Below, piece by piece: positions 42,901 through 49,291 of a DNA stretch of 64,000 bases (within the stretch, counting starts at the first letter, position 1; each line of letters begins with the position of its first letter). The translations under genes were made by a program, and so were the position numbers. The stretch is taken from the NCBI GenBank assembly GCA_040081625.1, contig JBEBGD010000003.1, forward strand, positions 17,865-81,864, given 5' to 3'. The notes beneath the pieces were generated by a model. It made no database searches. It was not told the DNA's origin and worked only from the letters and a program-made list of their open reading frames with translations. Origin of the DNA: Chthoniobacteraceae bacterium (lineage in GTDB: Bacteria; Verrucomicrobiota; Verrucomicrobiia; Chthoniobacterales; Chthoniobacteraceae).

Positions 42901-43543
42901 TTTCCCCCGCCTCGAGCCGCCGCGTCGGTTGGTCGCTGACCGCAAATTCCGAGTCCACCGCCACGCCGTTCACAAACGCGCCCGCCGTCCACGTGAGCTT
43001 CTGCTCGCGCTGGCCATACACGTAGGCGCGGTAAGTCCCGCCGCCCTTCAGCTCGACCTCGCGATACGTCGGCACCGGCGGATCACCGGGATTCAGCGGC
43101 ACGCCCTGCATCACACGCAGCGCGCCGATGTCGTTGATGCGCCGTTCGAGCTGCGCGAGCACGATCGGCGGAAGCTCCTGTCGCACGACCATCGGCACCG
43201 CCTGCTCGATCGCCGCGCGCGGGTCGTCCTGGATGAGTTGCTTGAAGACCGGACGCCGCTCGCTCGCGAGCCGCACGCCTTCCGTCACGAGCGCCTGCCG
43301 GTGCTCGCGCGGCGTGGCGAGAAAGCGACCGGTCCAGTCGCTGAAAGCGGGCACCGCTTCGCCGCCCTGCACGACCGGCTGCGCGGCCGGTCGCGCCTTT
43401 GCTACTTCCATCCGCCCGGAGTCCAGCGCGGTGGTCAGGATCGCGGGTGCCTGCGGAGCAACGGCTCGATCTTCCCAAAGCAGAAAAACGACAGCGCCAA
43501 AGACGATGGCAACGAGTGAAGCGAGGAGAAGGCGGTAGCGCAC
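33995..43543 (-). CDS. Giant (3182 aa) paralog of the preceding gene: metzincin-like protease + PKD + CarboxypepD_reg-like + about 9 Calx-beta (two split by insertions) + seven-blade propeller-like repeat + multiple ConA-like lectin modules + conserved C-terminal module
   Basis: TM anchor MRYRLLLASLVAIVFGAVVFLLW. It has the same pre-domain as the paralog (RPVFKQLIQDDPRAAIEQAVPMVVRQELPP), the Zn motif HEIGHCFGLGH, PKD and Calx-beta signatures, and repeats AQTSGTT.NLRGIWGSSAT.LWAVGD.G. Lectin modules carry W.RLVKTG / WLKLERN / WMRIVRRG. The C-terminus ends ...RFMRAKVSQ. Confidence 0.9.
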   Translation of the reverse strand: MRYRLLLASLVAIVFGAVVFLLWEDRAVAPQAPAILTTALDSGRMEVAKARPAAQPVVQGGEAVPAFSDWTGRFLATPREHRQALVTEGVRLASERRPVFKQLIQDDPRAAIEQAVPMVVRQELPPIVLAQLERRINDIGALRVMQGVPLNPGDPPVPTYREVELKGGGTYRAYVYGQREQKLTWTAGAFVNGVAVDSEFAVSDQPTRRLEAGENMPPGKPVVSECPVSGKIVLDPASVPSVVPESLPAVETPVEIITFCDGSHIAMQNETILYGEGVTGGSFAFSGILPSTPTPALGQVKVLVIPTTYADQNAIPSTEAALYTTLRDVADHYAKASYGRLSLVGVVTPPVKLPHNEAWYVNRDTSNGGDIGGTSISHVDARNEARKLGFDSSDYDCVVMRHNGGPGSYGGLAGGSTVWCRSDSVSLWAHEIGHCFGLGHSNFWDTAGTSSIGNGANNEYGDSYDVMGGAGTPPGHYNAQGKNQIRWLPGAFLQPVTQSGLYRIHAFDQGSLDASKRYALTIQKDVQRTYWGMVRSLFDSNPFAKNGLVFGWRFPSGGGGNFQLIDTTNGSPYGKTDAPISLGATFGDTESGIYVTAVAASDSPRYLDVQVNLGSSPGNQPPTMSLAASAEVIPLNGTVTFTATANDPDSDPLAFNWQHFGGGTQIVSPNSNVITRQFTAAGTFIVTCTASDMKGGTVTRNKLITVGSAATFTISGRVTLLGQGLQDVVVTANNANGVISDADGYFTIPNLSANTYTLTPLLYGYTFSELFNNSIVVGPSFSGAEFEASAQSVVTISAPAPSANELAPVTPGAFRVTRTGDTSQDLVVNVNTALGGATKTTDYTFTPDYVTGSQGFSTFTIPADSDMLDIIVTPVVDASSEGPETVILQLGPGNGYLVGSASSAMVVIEDDDTLLPKVSLAATTATTTENSASPAVFTVSRTGSTAAGLTVNYAVTGTATSGSDFTALSGSVTIPSGLASATVEVAPLDDSLSESIETAILTLSTNAAYIIDTLATTGTASIYDDDLQTVSVTATDTTATEVDLSIPGAAADTGTFLVSRTGDTSQPLTIYYAFSGTNASGVMALHGVDFEWMPGLIQIPAGQDSAAVTIVPRFDGVGEGVEQCVLTLGASATNYILGTGNSATVNITDAAGDTPYIDVVNTVNAVEGSTSANFRLTVRGGSSGTAIPIELSVGGTADQATDYKLTAWGAQTSGITTSLRGLWIADATNLWAVGDAGRILKGNGATWATQTSGTTNNLRGIWGSSATSLWAVGDSGRIVKGDGSAWVIQTSGTTNTLRGIWGSSATSLWTVGNTGTIRRSTDGTSWSAQTSGTTTNLYAVWGSDANNVWAVGDAGTILKWNGTAWAAQTSGTTGNLRGVWGSSATNLWAVGVGGVILKGNGTTWTAQTSGVTQDLNGIWGSDASSVWISGSSGMLLRTLDGSSWSSSRVTTNNPSFQAVSGANADNVWVSGDSGSVYEARSVDTSGSPASATIPQNAPTFDLICWPVNDTEPEDFETISVTLSPTVDYQTYAPTTSATAWLRDDDNVNTLVVDTQVGTSGAISFTEGATTTPVKFYVSRLGSTTSAVTVNCSYSGTATGGGVDYTAPASVTIPAGATGVDVPITVANDTTFEGTETILFDFAPGAYARGVGAVMYITDNDTVTATVGFQAPSSTGSESVTTVNIPVVLSSAQASPVTVEYQTGAFSTGSSASNTSSAVPHWVRLVKTGTTVAFFQSHDGQIWTERGSAVAVSGLGDTSYLAGIVFAPGSTTQYTTTIDNFSVSNLSGGSTGAEVAASIGTVTGGSSSSSGVYTFTNSGNGLTNSTADNFRFVYLPVNGSANCTVTARITSVGNSGSTSSRAGVMLRASTAGNAVHASSLGTGVAAGNFYTLHRTGAGATATLSSAFTGHVPPMWARTVRAGSVFTQSFSRDGVSWTDFGTAPGIAFAPKVFAGLAVSAASDGALATATFDNVTLNGSPLTTLGGRTIGFVNAQGDESHNAGVWTVTGSGAGIATGSDEAHFPSTEVTGDFTLIARVTSLTGGANGAQAGVMVRDDRTHYARGVHTGWVKSGAMEQRYRLQSNTTAFGSGVDFVLPPGVLTFDPGQTTKNLTFTVVNDTMDEPDNLITIQLINPLGAGLGTFSYHGYTILDNDTPPAQPYVGFATGASSVVENAGTVQIAVALSAPATAPCSVDFITADGSATQPGDYTTTTGTLNFAAGESVKIIAVPITDNAAVESAENFTVTLQAPANLNLGSASAHTITITDDDFPTVNIVATDASAAESGDTGTFTITRAGSLAGNLVVNFTRSGTAASGTDYTAIASPGNATILDGQANATVTVTPLQDATNEGNETVILTLTANAAYTLGTPANATVTIADDDRSTVTIVANDPDASETAGNPGQFTVTRTAPTTGSLTVNLTISGTATNTTDYANVAATVAFVGGESSKVVNIAPVDDAATEGPEDVTISLNTGSYDIGAQSFDNVAITDNDNPPTVFINSPTTQGPLIAAANGVIVSASVSDDGFPAPLTTTWSCVSGPGTASIESPSAATTAVTFSAPGTYVLRITASDTQFTASDQITIVAGSGLVASNWITQDLGPSSARRGQGLEYGGLFSVTGTGAGYASTSTDQAHIMVRAATGDGSVVARLTSLNVATALAGVTIRDSLARGSTRAVLGYVPGTGLQFRTRATSGNDTSVGATAPALPCWLKLERNATTNEVSASYAPDVSGAPGAWTAVGSPVVIPLLNTNAHYGLTTTNNSTAGSATAIFDNVTLTPAPGGPALVNEDSGTAPNLAGSGSFDGTTYTLAGPTTGYFYGWQYYGDMVFTARLNTYSSGAGSSSGGIRVAESIESGAQLHLGRMPTGAYSGYYWTSIAAGGGGGVPSGIAAGNWMRIVRRGNSITGYRATHNVATNGPNAWTQIGQAQTVIMTTPVWVGFYVNNASGATGTLNTCTFTRLTIEPLNIGPDIDLSALPFTTVGDATLDATVIDDGNPAPTSLATTWSKAAGPGNVMFGNTSAVDTSASFPQFGDYTLRLRADDTGIVTFRDALMTHYESAFQQWQAQNFGGDPNDPNAAPGADPEHDGFTNFLEWAVGLSPGVMDAAPWTLDEATIGPDKFLRLAIPKNPDASGVTFQVEATSGMTVPMNWSSDGLIIEENTSTLLRVRDSMPMSSGGSRFMRAKVSQ
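39100..39925 (-). repeat. Coding tandem repeat, about 123-bp period x 7 (propeller-like blades) inside giant gene 2
   Basis: There are seven roughly 41-aa units with consensus (A/T)QTSGTT.NLRG(I/V)WGSSA(T)(S/N)LWAVGD.G.I.K..G..W. Recurrent DNA strings such as gcccacggcccaca and ctgccccagatgccgcgcag are visible in 39.1-39.9 kb. Confidence 0.85.
42224..42256 (-). other. Metzincin zinc-binding motif HEIGHCFGLGH in giant protein 2
   Basis: Read on the minus strand (gcgcacgagatcgggcactgcttcgggctcgggcac). It lies at the same relative position (aa about 430) as in the paralog (aa about 426). Confidence 0.85.
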
Positions 43544-43696
43544 GGTTGGGAGGAGGCGGGAGGCGTAAGTATTTCGGCGACAAGCCGGTTTAACGCAACT
43601 CGCATCCGGCGTTTCAACTTACGGCCTGCGCCGCGCGCCTACCGCTTTGGCGAGTGGACGTTTCCGACGCTTTCCGCTGCCTTTCCCGCCCCTGCC

Positions 43697-45085
43697 ATGC
43701 ACCGCTTCCTCATCCTCATCCTCCTCGTCCTCATCACGCCTGTGCGCGCGGCGGACAAGCCAAACGTCCTCTTCATCGCCATCGACGACCTGAACCACTG
43801 GGTCGGCCATCTCGGGCGCAACAAGCAGACCAAGACCCCAAACATCGACCGCCTCGCAAAGGCCGGCGTCACCTTCACCCGCGCCTACTGCACCGCGCCC
43901 GCGTGCAACCCCTCGCGGGCCTCGCTCATGAGCGGCATGCGCCCGAACACCACCGGCTGCTACCTCAACTCGCAGCCGTGGGGTCCCGCCATCAGCGGCG
44001 ATAAGCTGCTCAACACGCACTTCGCCGGCGCCGGCTACCGCGTCTATGGCGCGGGAAAAATCTACCATAGCTCCGAGCACGGCGGCACCTGGACCGACTA
44101 CGCCGGAGGAAAAGGCGGCACGCCAAAGCGCCACCCCTCCGCGAAGGACGACGGCATCGGCGGCATCGCCTTCAGCCCGCTCGATGGCACCGACGAGGAG
44201 ATGCCCGACTTCCGCACCGTCAGCTACTGCATCGAGAAGCTGAACGAGAAGAGCGACAAACCGTTCTTCATCGCGTGCGGGCTCGTGAAGCCGCACATGC
44301 CTTTCAGCGTGCCGAAGAAGTGGTTCGACATGTTCCCGCTCGACTCGATCGAGCTGCCGCCGCATCGCGAGGACGACCTCAAGGACGTGCCACCCGCGGG
44401 TGTGAAGATGGCTGGCGGCGATCATGCGAAGATCGTCGCTTCGGGCCGCTGGAAGGAAGCCGTGCAGGCTTACCTCGCGACGATCGCCTTCTGCGATTCG
44501 CAAGTCGGCCGCATGGTCGACGCGCTGGAAAAATCGCCCGCGCGCGACAACACCATCGTCGTCCTCTGGACCGACCACGGCTGGAGCCTCGGTGAAAAAT
44601 CGCACTGGCGGAAATTCGCGCTGTGGGAGGAGCCGACGCGCACCGCGTTCGTGTGGAAGGCGCCGGGTGTCACACCCGCGGGCGGCGTGTGCGACCGCAC
44701 GGTCGATTACGCGAACGTCTATCCCACGCTCTGCGCGCTCACCGGCCTGCCGAAGCCCGCGCATCTCGACGGCTTCGACATGACGCCGCTGCTCAAGGAT
44801 CCGAAAGCCAAGTGGGACCACCCCGCGCTCACGACGCACGGGCGCAAGAACCACACCGTCCGCACCGAAGGCTGGCGCTACATCCGCTACGCCGACGGCA
44901 GCGAGGAACTCTACGACGAAGCCGCCGACCCGCTCGAATACACCAACCTCGCCGGCTTCACCGAGCACGCCGCCCGCAAGGCCGAACTCGCGAAGCTCCT
45001 GCCAAAGACCGACGCGCCCGACCTGCCCGGCGGCGGCAAAGGCGAAGGCGAAGGCAAGGCGAAGAAAAAGAAGAAGGCCGAGTAA
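43697..45085 (+). CDS. Secreted sulfatase (iduronate-2-sulfatase-like, formylglycine type)
   Basis: Signal peptide MHRFLILILLVLITPVRA, KPNVLFIAIDDL, and the FGly motif CNPSRASLMSG. The C-terminus has a poly-Lys tail (GKAKKKKKAE). Confidence 0.9.
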   Translation: MHRFLILILLVLITPVRAADKPNVLFIAIDDLNHWVGHLGRNKQTKTPNIDRLAKAGVTFTRAYCTAPACNPSRASLMSGMRPNTTGCYLNSQPWGPAISGDKLLNTHFAGAGYRVYGAGKIYHSSEHGGTWTDYAGGKGGTPKRHPSAKDDGIGGIAFSPLDGTDEEMPDFRTVSYCIEKLNEKSDKPFFIACGLVKPHMPFSVPKKWFDMFPLDSIELPPHREDDLKDVPPAGVKMAGGDHAKIVASGRWKEAVQAYLATIAFCDSQVGRMVDALEKSPARDNTIVVLWTDHGWSLGEKSHWRKFALWEEPTRTAFVWKAPGVTPAGGVCDRTVDYANVYPTLCALTGLPKPAHLDGFDMTPLLKDPKAKWDHPALTTHGRKNHTVRTEGWRYIRYADGSEELYDEAADPLEYTNLAGFTEHAARKAELAKLLPKTDAPDLPGGGKGEGEGKAKKKKKAE

Positions 45086-45097
45086 CCTGCTCGCGAA

Positions 45098-46543
45098 GTG
45101 ATCCGACTCGCATTCTTCCTCGCGCTCGCGCTTTCCCTCCGCGCCGCGGAGAAGCCGAACATCGTCCTCATCTTTTGCGACGACCTCGGCTACGCGGACG
45201 TCGCGTGCTTCGGCGCAAAGACCATCCGCACGCCGCACATCGACCGCCTTGCGAAGGAAGGCACGCGCTTCACGAGCTTCCTCGTAGCGCAGGCTGTCTG
45301 CACCGCGTCGCGCGCGGCTCTGATGACCGGCAGCTACGCGAACCGCGTCGGCCTCGCCGGTGCGCTCAATCACACCAGCAAGACCGGCATCAATCCCGAC
45401 GAGACGCTCCTGCCCGAGCTGTGCAAGGCGCAGGGCTACGCGACCGGGATGTTTGGCAAGTGGCACCTCGGCGATCAGCCGCCCTTTCTACCGACGCGCA
45501 ACGGCTTCGACGAGTGGCTCGGCATTCCCTACTCGAACGACAACGGCCCGCTGCATCCCGTCATCCGCGACATCCCATCGCTCCCGCTCTACGACGGCGA
45601 GAAGATCGTCGAGCGCGACCCGGATCAGGCGCACTTCACGCGCCGCCTCACCGAGCGCTCGGTCGCGTTCATCGAGAAAAATCGCGAGCGCCCGTTCTTC
45701 CTCTACGTCCCGCACATCATGCCGCACGTGCCGATCTTCGCGTCGGAGAAGTTTCGCGGGAAGTCAAAGCACGGCCTCTACGCGGATGTCGTCGAGGAAC
45801 TCGACCGGTCCGTCGGCGAGATCGCCGCCGCCATCGACCGCGCCGGCTTGCGCGAGAAGACGCTCATCCTTTTCACCAGCGACAACGGCCCCTTCCTTTC
45901 CTACGGCGAGCACGCCGGCGCCGCGCTCCCGTTCCGCGAGGGAAAGCTCACGACGTTCGAGGGCGGCGTGCGCGTCCCCTTCATCGCGCGCTGGCCGGGC
46001 CGCGTGCCCGCCGGGCGCACGAGCGACGAATTGCTCGCGAGCATCGACCTCCTGCCGACCTTTGCCCGGCTCATCGGCGCGCCGCTTCCGGCGACGAAGA
46101 TGGACGGCATGGACGCATGGACGCTCATCTCCGGCGACACCGCGAAATCCCCGCGCGACACCTTCCTCTACTACTCCGGCGACGAACTCCAGGCCGTGCG
46201 CCGCGGCAAATGGAAGCTGCACTTCCCGCACGACTACCTCACCACCGCCGCCGAGCCGGGCCGCGGCGGCAAGCCCTCGAACTGGGCCAACATGAAGCCC
46301 AAGAGCATCACCGAATCCGGCATCCGCGGCATCGCCAGCCGGCACGGCTACCGCGTCGAGCGGATCGAGAAGTCGCTCTTCGAACTCACCGCCGACCCCG
46401 GCGAGACAAAGAACGTCGCCGCCGAACACCCCGACATCGTCGCCGAACTCGAAGCCCTCGCCGAATCCGCCCGGGCCGACCTCGGCGACGCGCTCACGCA
46501 ACGCACCGGCGCCAATCTTCGCCTCGTCGGCAGAGTTCCATGA
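45098..46543 (+). CDS. Secreted sulfatase (arylsulfatase A-like, formylglycine type)
   Basis: Signal peptide MIRLAFFLALALSLRA, KPNIVLIFCDDLGYADV, the FGly motif CTASRAALMTG, and GKWHLG. Confidence 0.9.
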   Translation: MIRLAFFLALALSLRAAEKPNIVLIFCDDLGYADVACFGAKTIRTPHIDRLAKEGTRFTSFLVAQAVCTASRAALMTGSYANRVGLAGALNHTSKTGINPDETLLPELCKAQGYATGMFGKWHLGDQPPFLPTRNGFDEWLGIPYSNDNGPLHPVIRDIPSLPLYDGEKIVERDPDQAHFTRRLTERSVAFIEKNRERPFFLYVPHIMPHVPIFASEKFRGKSKHGLYADVVEELDRSVGEIAAAIDRAGLREKTLILFTSDNGPFLSYGEHAGAALPFREGKLTTFEGGVRVPFIARWPGRVPAGRTSDELLASIDLLPTFARLIGAPLPATKMDGMDAWTLISGDTAKSPRDTFLYYSGDELQAVRRGKWKLHFPHDYLTTAAEPGRGGKPSNWANMKPKSITESGIRGIASRHGYRVERIEKSLFELTADPGETKNVAAEHPDIVAELEALAESARADLGDALTQRTGANLRLVGRVP

Positions 46544-46881
46544 AAAGCATCCTCGCCATCGCCGCGCACGCGGCGGCGAAACCGAACATCCTCTGCCTCG
46601 TCGCCGAGGACATGAGCGCATCGCCCGGCTGCTACGGGGTGCAGGAAGTCAGCACGCCGAATCTCGACCGGTTCGCGACAGAAGCCTTCGTGCCGACGGC
46701 GGAAGATCTGATCGTGCAAAAGCTCCGATGGGCGCGGGACAAGGACATCGCCGACATTCGCGACATGCTCGGCGTGCAAGGCGACGCGCTCGACTTCGCC
46801 TACGTCGAGCGATGGTGCCGCACGCATGGGACGCTGGTGCGGTTTGAGGAAATCCGGCGCTCGATCCCGGCGGACCTTTGA
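46540..46881 (+). pseudogene. Chimeric remnant: N-terminal about 48 aa of a third sulfatase fused to the C-terminal fragment of an unrelated protein
   Basis: The ATG overlaps the previous stop (ATGA). MKSILAIAAHAAAKPNILCLVAEDMSASPGCYG..STPNLDRFATEA is sulfatase-like but stops before the FGly motif. It then switches to FVPTAEDLIVQKLRWARDKDIADIRDMLGVQGDALDFAYVERWC, which has no sulfatase similarity. Confidence 0.6.
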
Positions 46882-46890
46882 GCAGCGGGG

Positions 46891-48123
46891 TTACTGCACG
46901 GCGAGTGCGCCTTCGAGCTGCGCGAGCGCGGCGGCGAGCGTTGCCTCGTCGCGCGCGTGGATGCGCAGGAGCGGCTCGCCTGACTTCACGGCGTCGCCGA
47001 TTTTACGGATCGCGCTGAAGCCGACCGCGTAGTCCACGGCGTCGCTCGCCTTCGCGCGGCCTGCGCCGAGCAGCACGCCCGCGCGACCGATCGCGCCGGC
47101 GTCAAGTTTCGTGATCTTCCCGGCGTGCGGGGCAGGAACGTCGCGGATGATCGGAGCGGGATGCACCTCGGCGATGCGTTCGAGCTTCGTCGTATCGCCG
47201 TCCTGGGTCTCGACCATCGCGACGAACTTCCGCCACGCAGTGCCGTCTTCAAGCCAGCGGGTGAGCGTGGCGCGCGGGGAGTTGGCGACGCGCTCGGCGA
47301 GATCGAGCGTGAGCGCGATGAGATCGGCGGGGCCGCGGCCTTGCAGCGTGTCCACGCTCTCCGCGACTTCGAGCGCGTTGCCCACGGTGCGGCCGAGCGG
47401 TTCGTCCATCGGCGTGAGGATGTGCGAAGTCTGGACGCCCATCTCGTTTCCCACGGCGGTGAGCGCGGCGGCGAGCGCCTCGGCGTCGGCGCGCGTTTGC
47501 ATGAACGCGCCGCTACCGAACTTCACGTCGAGCACGAGCCGATCGAGCGTCTCCGCGAGCTTTTTGCTCATGATGCTCGCGACGATGAGCGGGATGCTCG
47601 GGACCGTCGCGGTCACGTCGCGCAGGGCGTAGAGCTTTTTGTCGGCGGGGCAGAGATCGGCGGTCTGGCCGATCATCACGACGCCGAGCTTCGCGAGTTG
47701 CGCGGCGGATTCGGCTTCGCTCAAGCCGACGCGAAAGCCGGGGATGCTCTCGAGCTTGTCGAGCGTGCCGCCGGTGATGCCAAGGCCGCGGCCGGAGATC
47801 ATCGGCACCCACAGACCGTCGCACGCGAGCAGCGGCGCGAGGATGAGCGAGACTTTGTCGCCGATGCCGCCGGTGCTGTGTTTATCGACCTTCGGCGGCG
47901 AGCCGGGCGGATGCGCGAGCACGCGACCGCTGTGCATCATCGCGCGGGTGAGCGCGCTGGTTTCCGCCGGGTCCATGCCGCGGAAGAAGACAGCCATCGC
48001 CCACGCGGCGGCCTGATAGTCGGGGATCTCGCCGCTCGCGTAGCCGCGGATGAACTCCGCGATTTCCTCCGCGGTCAGCGCGTGGCCGTCACGCTTCCGC
48101 TCGATGAAAGTAGGAACGTGCAT
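46891..48123 (-). CDS. deoA: Thymidine / pyrimidine-nucleoside phosphorylase
   Basis: MHVPTFIERKRDGHALTAEEI...DKHSTGGIGDKVSLILAPLLA...SGRGLGITGGTLDKLESIPG. Confidence 0.9.
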   Translation of the reverse strand: MHVPTFIERKRDGHALTAEEIAEFIRGYASGEIPDYQAAAWAMAVFFRGMDPAETSALTRAMMHSGRVLAHPPGSPPKVDKHSTGGIGDKVSLILAPLLACDGLWVPMISGRGLGITGGTLDKLESIPGFRVGLSEAESAAQLAKLGVVMIGQTADLCPADKKLYALRDVTATVPSIPLIVASIMSKKLAETLDRLVLDVKFGSGAFMQTRADAEALAAALTAVGNEMGVQTSHILTPMDEPLGRTVGNALEVAESVDTLQGRGPADLIALTLDLAERVANSPRATLTRWLEDGTAWRKFVAMVETQDGDTTKLERIAEVHPAPIIRDVPAPHAGKITKLDAGAIGRAGVLLGAGRAKASDAVDYAVGFSAIRKIGDAVKSGEPLLRIHARDEATLAAALAQLEGALAVQ

Positions 48124-49279
48124 GGCGGTTCAGTTCGGGGAGGAAGGACGTGCCGGTGGGCCGGCCATCGCGGAGCTGGAAGGCGTCGGCGAGCGACGCG
48201 GCGACATCGGCGAAGGTGCGGCGCGTGCCGAGCGGGACGTGAAAGCCTCGATGCACGACGAGCAGCGGCACTTCCTCGCGCGTGTGATCGGTGCCGCGCC
48301 ACGTCGGGTCGTTGCCGTGGTCGGCGGTGAGGATGACGAGGTCGTCTTCGTCGAGTTGCGGGAGGAAGGTGCCGAGCCACGCGTCGAACTCCGCGAGCGC
48401 CTGCGCGTAGCCGGCGACATCGCGACGGTGGCCGAAGAGCATGTCGAAATCGACAAGGTTCGCGAAGACGAGGCCTTCGTCGAACTCCGACCAGATCTCC
48501 TCGATCGCGCGCATGCCCTCGGCGTTGCTCGCGGTCGGGGTTGATGCGGTGATGCCGCTGCCGGCGAAGATGTCGCTGATCTTCCCGACGCCATGCACCG
48601 GCAGGCCGGTGTCGCTGATCGCATTCAGGATCGTCGGCGGTGGGACCATCGAGAAGTCGTGCCGCCCGCTCGTGCGCTGCCACGCGCCGGGTTCGCCGAT
48701 GAAGGGACGCGCGATGACGCGGCCGATGCGATGCGGGTCGCAGTGCCGGCGCGCGATGCGGCAGATTTCGTAGAGCCGCTTGGGCGCGATCACGCTCTCG
48801 TGCGCCGCGATTTGCAGGACGGAGTCGGCGGAAGTGTAGAGGATCGGCTTCTTGGTGCGGACGTGTTCGGCGCCGAGTTCGTCGAGGATCGTCGTGCCGC
48901 TCTGCGCGTAGTTGCCGATGAACTCGACGCCCGCCTCGCCCTCGATCGCGCGCACGAGTTCGTCGGGAAACTTCGTGAACGTGCCGAACGGCTGGTCGAG
49001 CAGCGCGCCGGCGAGTTCCCAGTGGCCGCTGGTCGTGTCCTTGCCGGCGGAGCGCTCGCGCATCCGGCCCCACGATGCGCGCGTGCCTTGCGAGCGCGGG
49101 TCGAAGACATCGCCGGTGATCGCCTTCCACAAGCCGAGCGAGAAAAGGTGCGGCAGCGCCAGGTCCGGCTGCGCTGCGAAGATGTGCCCGAGCGTGTCGG
49201 CGCCGTCGTCGCCGTAAGTGGCGGCGTCCGGCGCGTGGCCGCAGCCGACGCTGTCGAGGACGATGAGAAGTGCGCGCAT
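48089..49279 (-). CDS. deoB: Phosphopentomutase
   Basis: MRALLIVLDSVGCGHAPDAATYGDDGADTLGHI and ...LTADHGNDPT. The 3' end overlaps deoA by 35 nt. Confidence 0.9.
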   Translation of the reverse strand: MRALLIVLDSVGCGHAPDAATYGDDGADTLGHIFAAQPDLALPHLFSLGLWKAITGDVFDPRSQGTRASWGRMRERSAGKDTTSGHWELAGALLDQPFGTFTKFPDELVRAIEGEAGVEFIGNYAQSGTTILDELGAEHVRTKKPILYTSADSVLQIAAHESVIAPKRLYEICRIARRHCDPHRIGRVIARPFIGEPGAWQRTSGRHDFSMVPPPTILNAISDTGLPVHGVGKISDIFAGSGITASTPTASNAEGMRAIEEIWSEFDEGLVFANLVDFDMLFGHRRDVAGYAQALAEFDAWLGTFLPQLDEDDLVILTADHGNDPTWRGTDHTREEVPLLVVHRGFHVPLGTRRTFADVAASLADAFQLRDGRPTGTSFLPELNRHARSYFHRAEA

Positions 49280-49291
49280 CGTCCCGAGCTA

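Noticed and set aside
43619-45466. 615-aa minus-strand ORF, and the first 1917 nt of the 752-aa plus-strand ORF at 44623-46881
   Set aside because: They overlap the two sulfatase genes in other frames or on the other strand and have low-complexity Arg-rich translations. Only the last 113 codons of the 752-aa ORF (from ATG 46540) look like a gene remnant.
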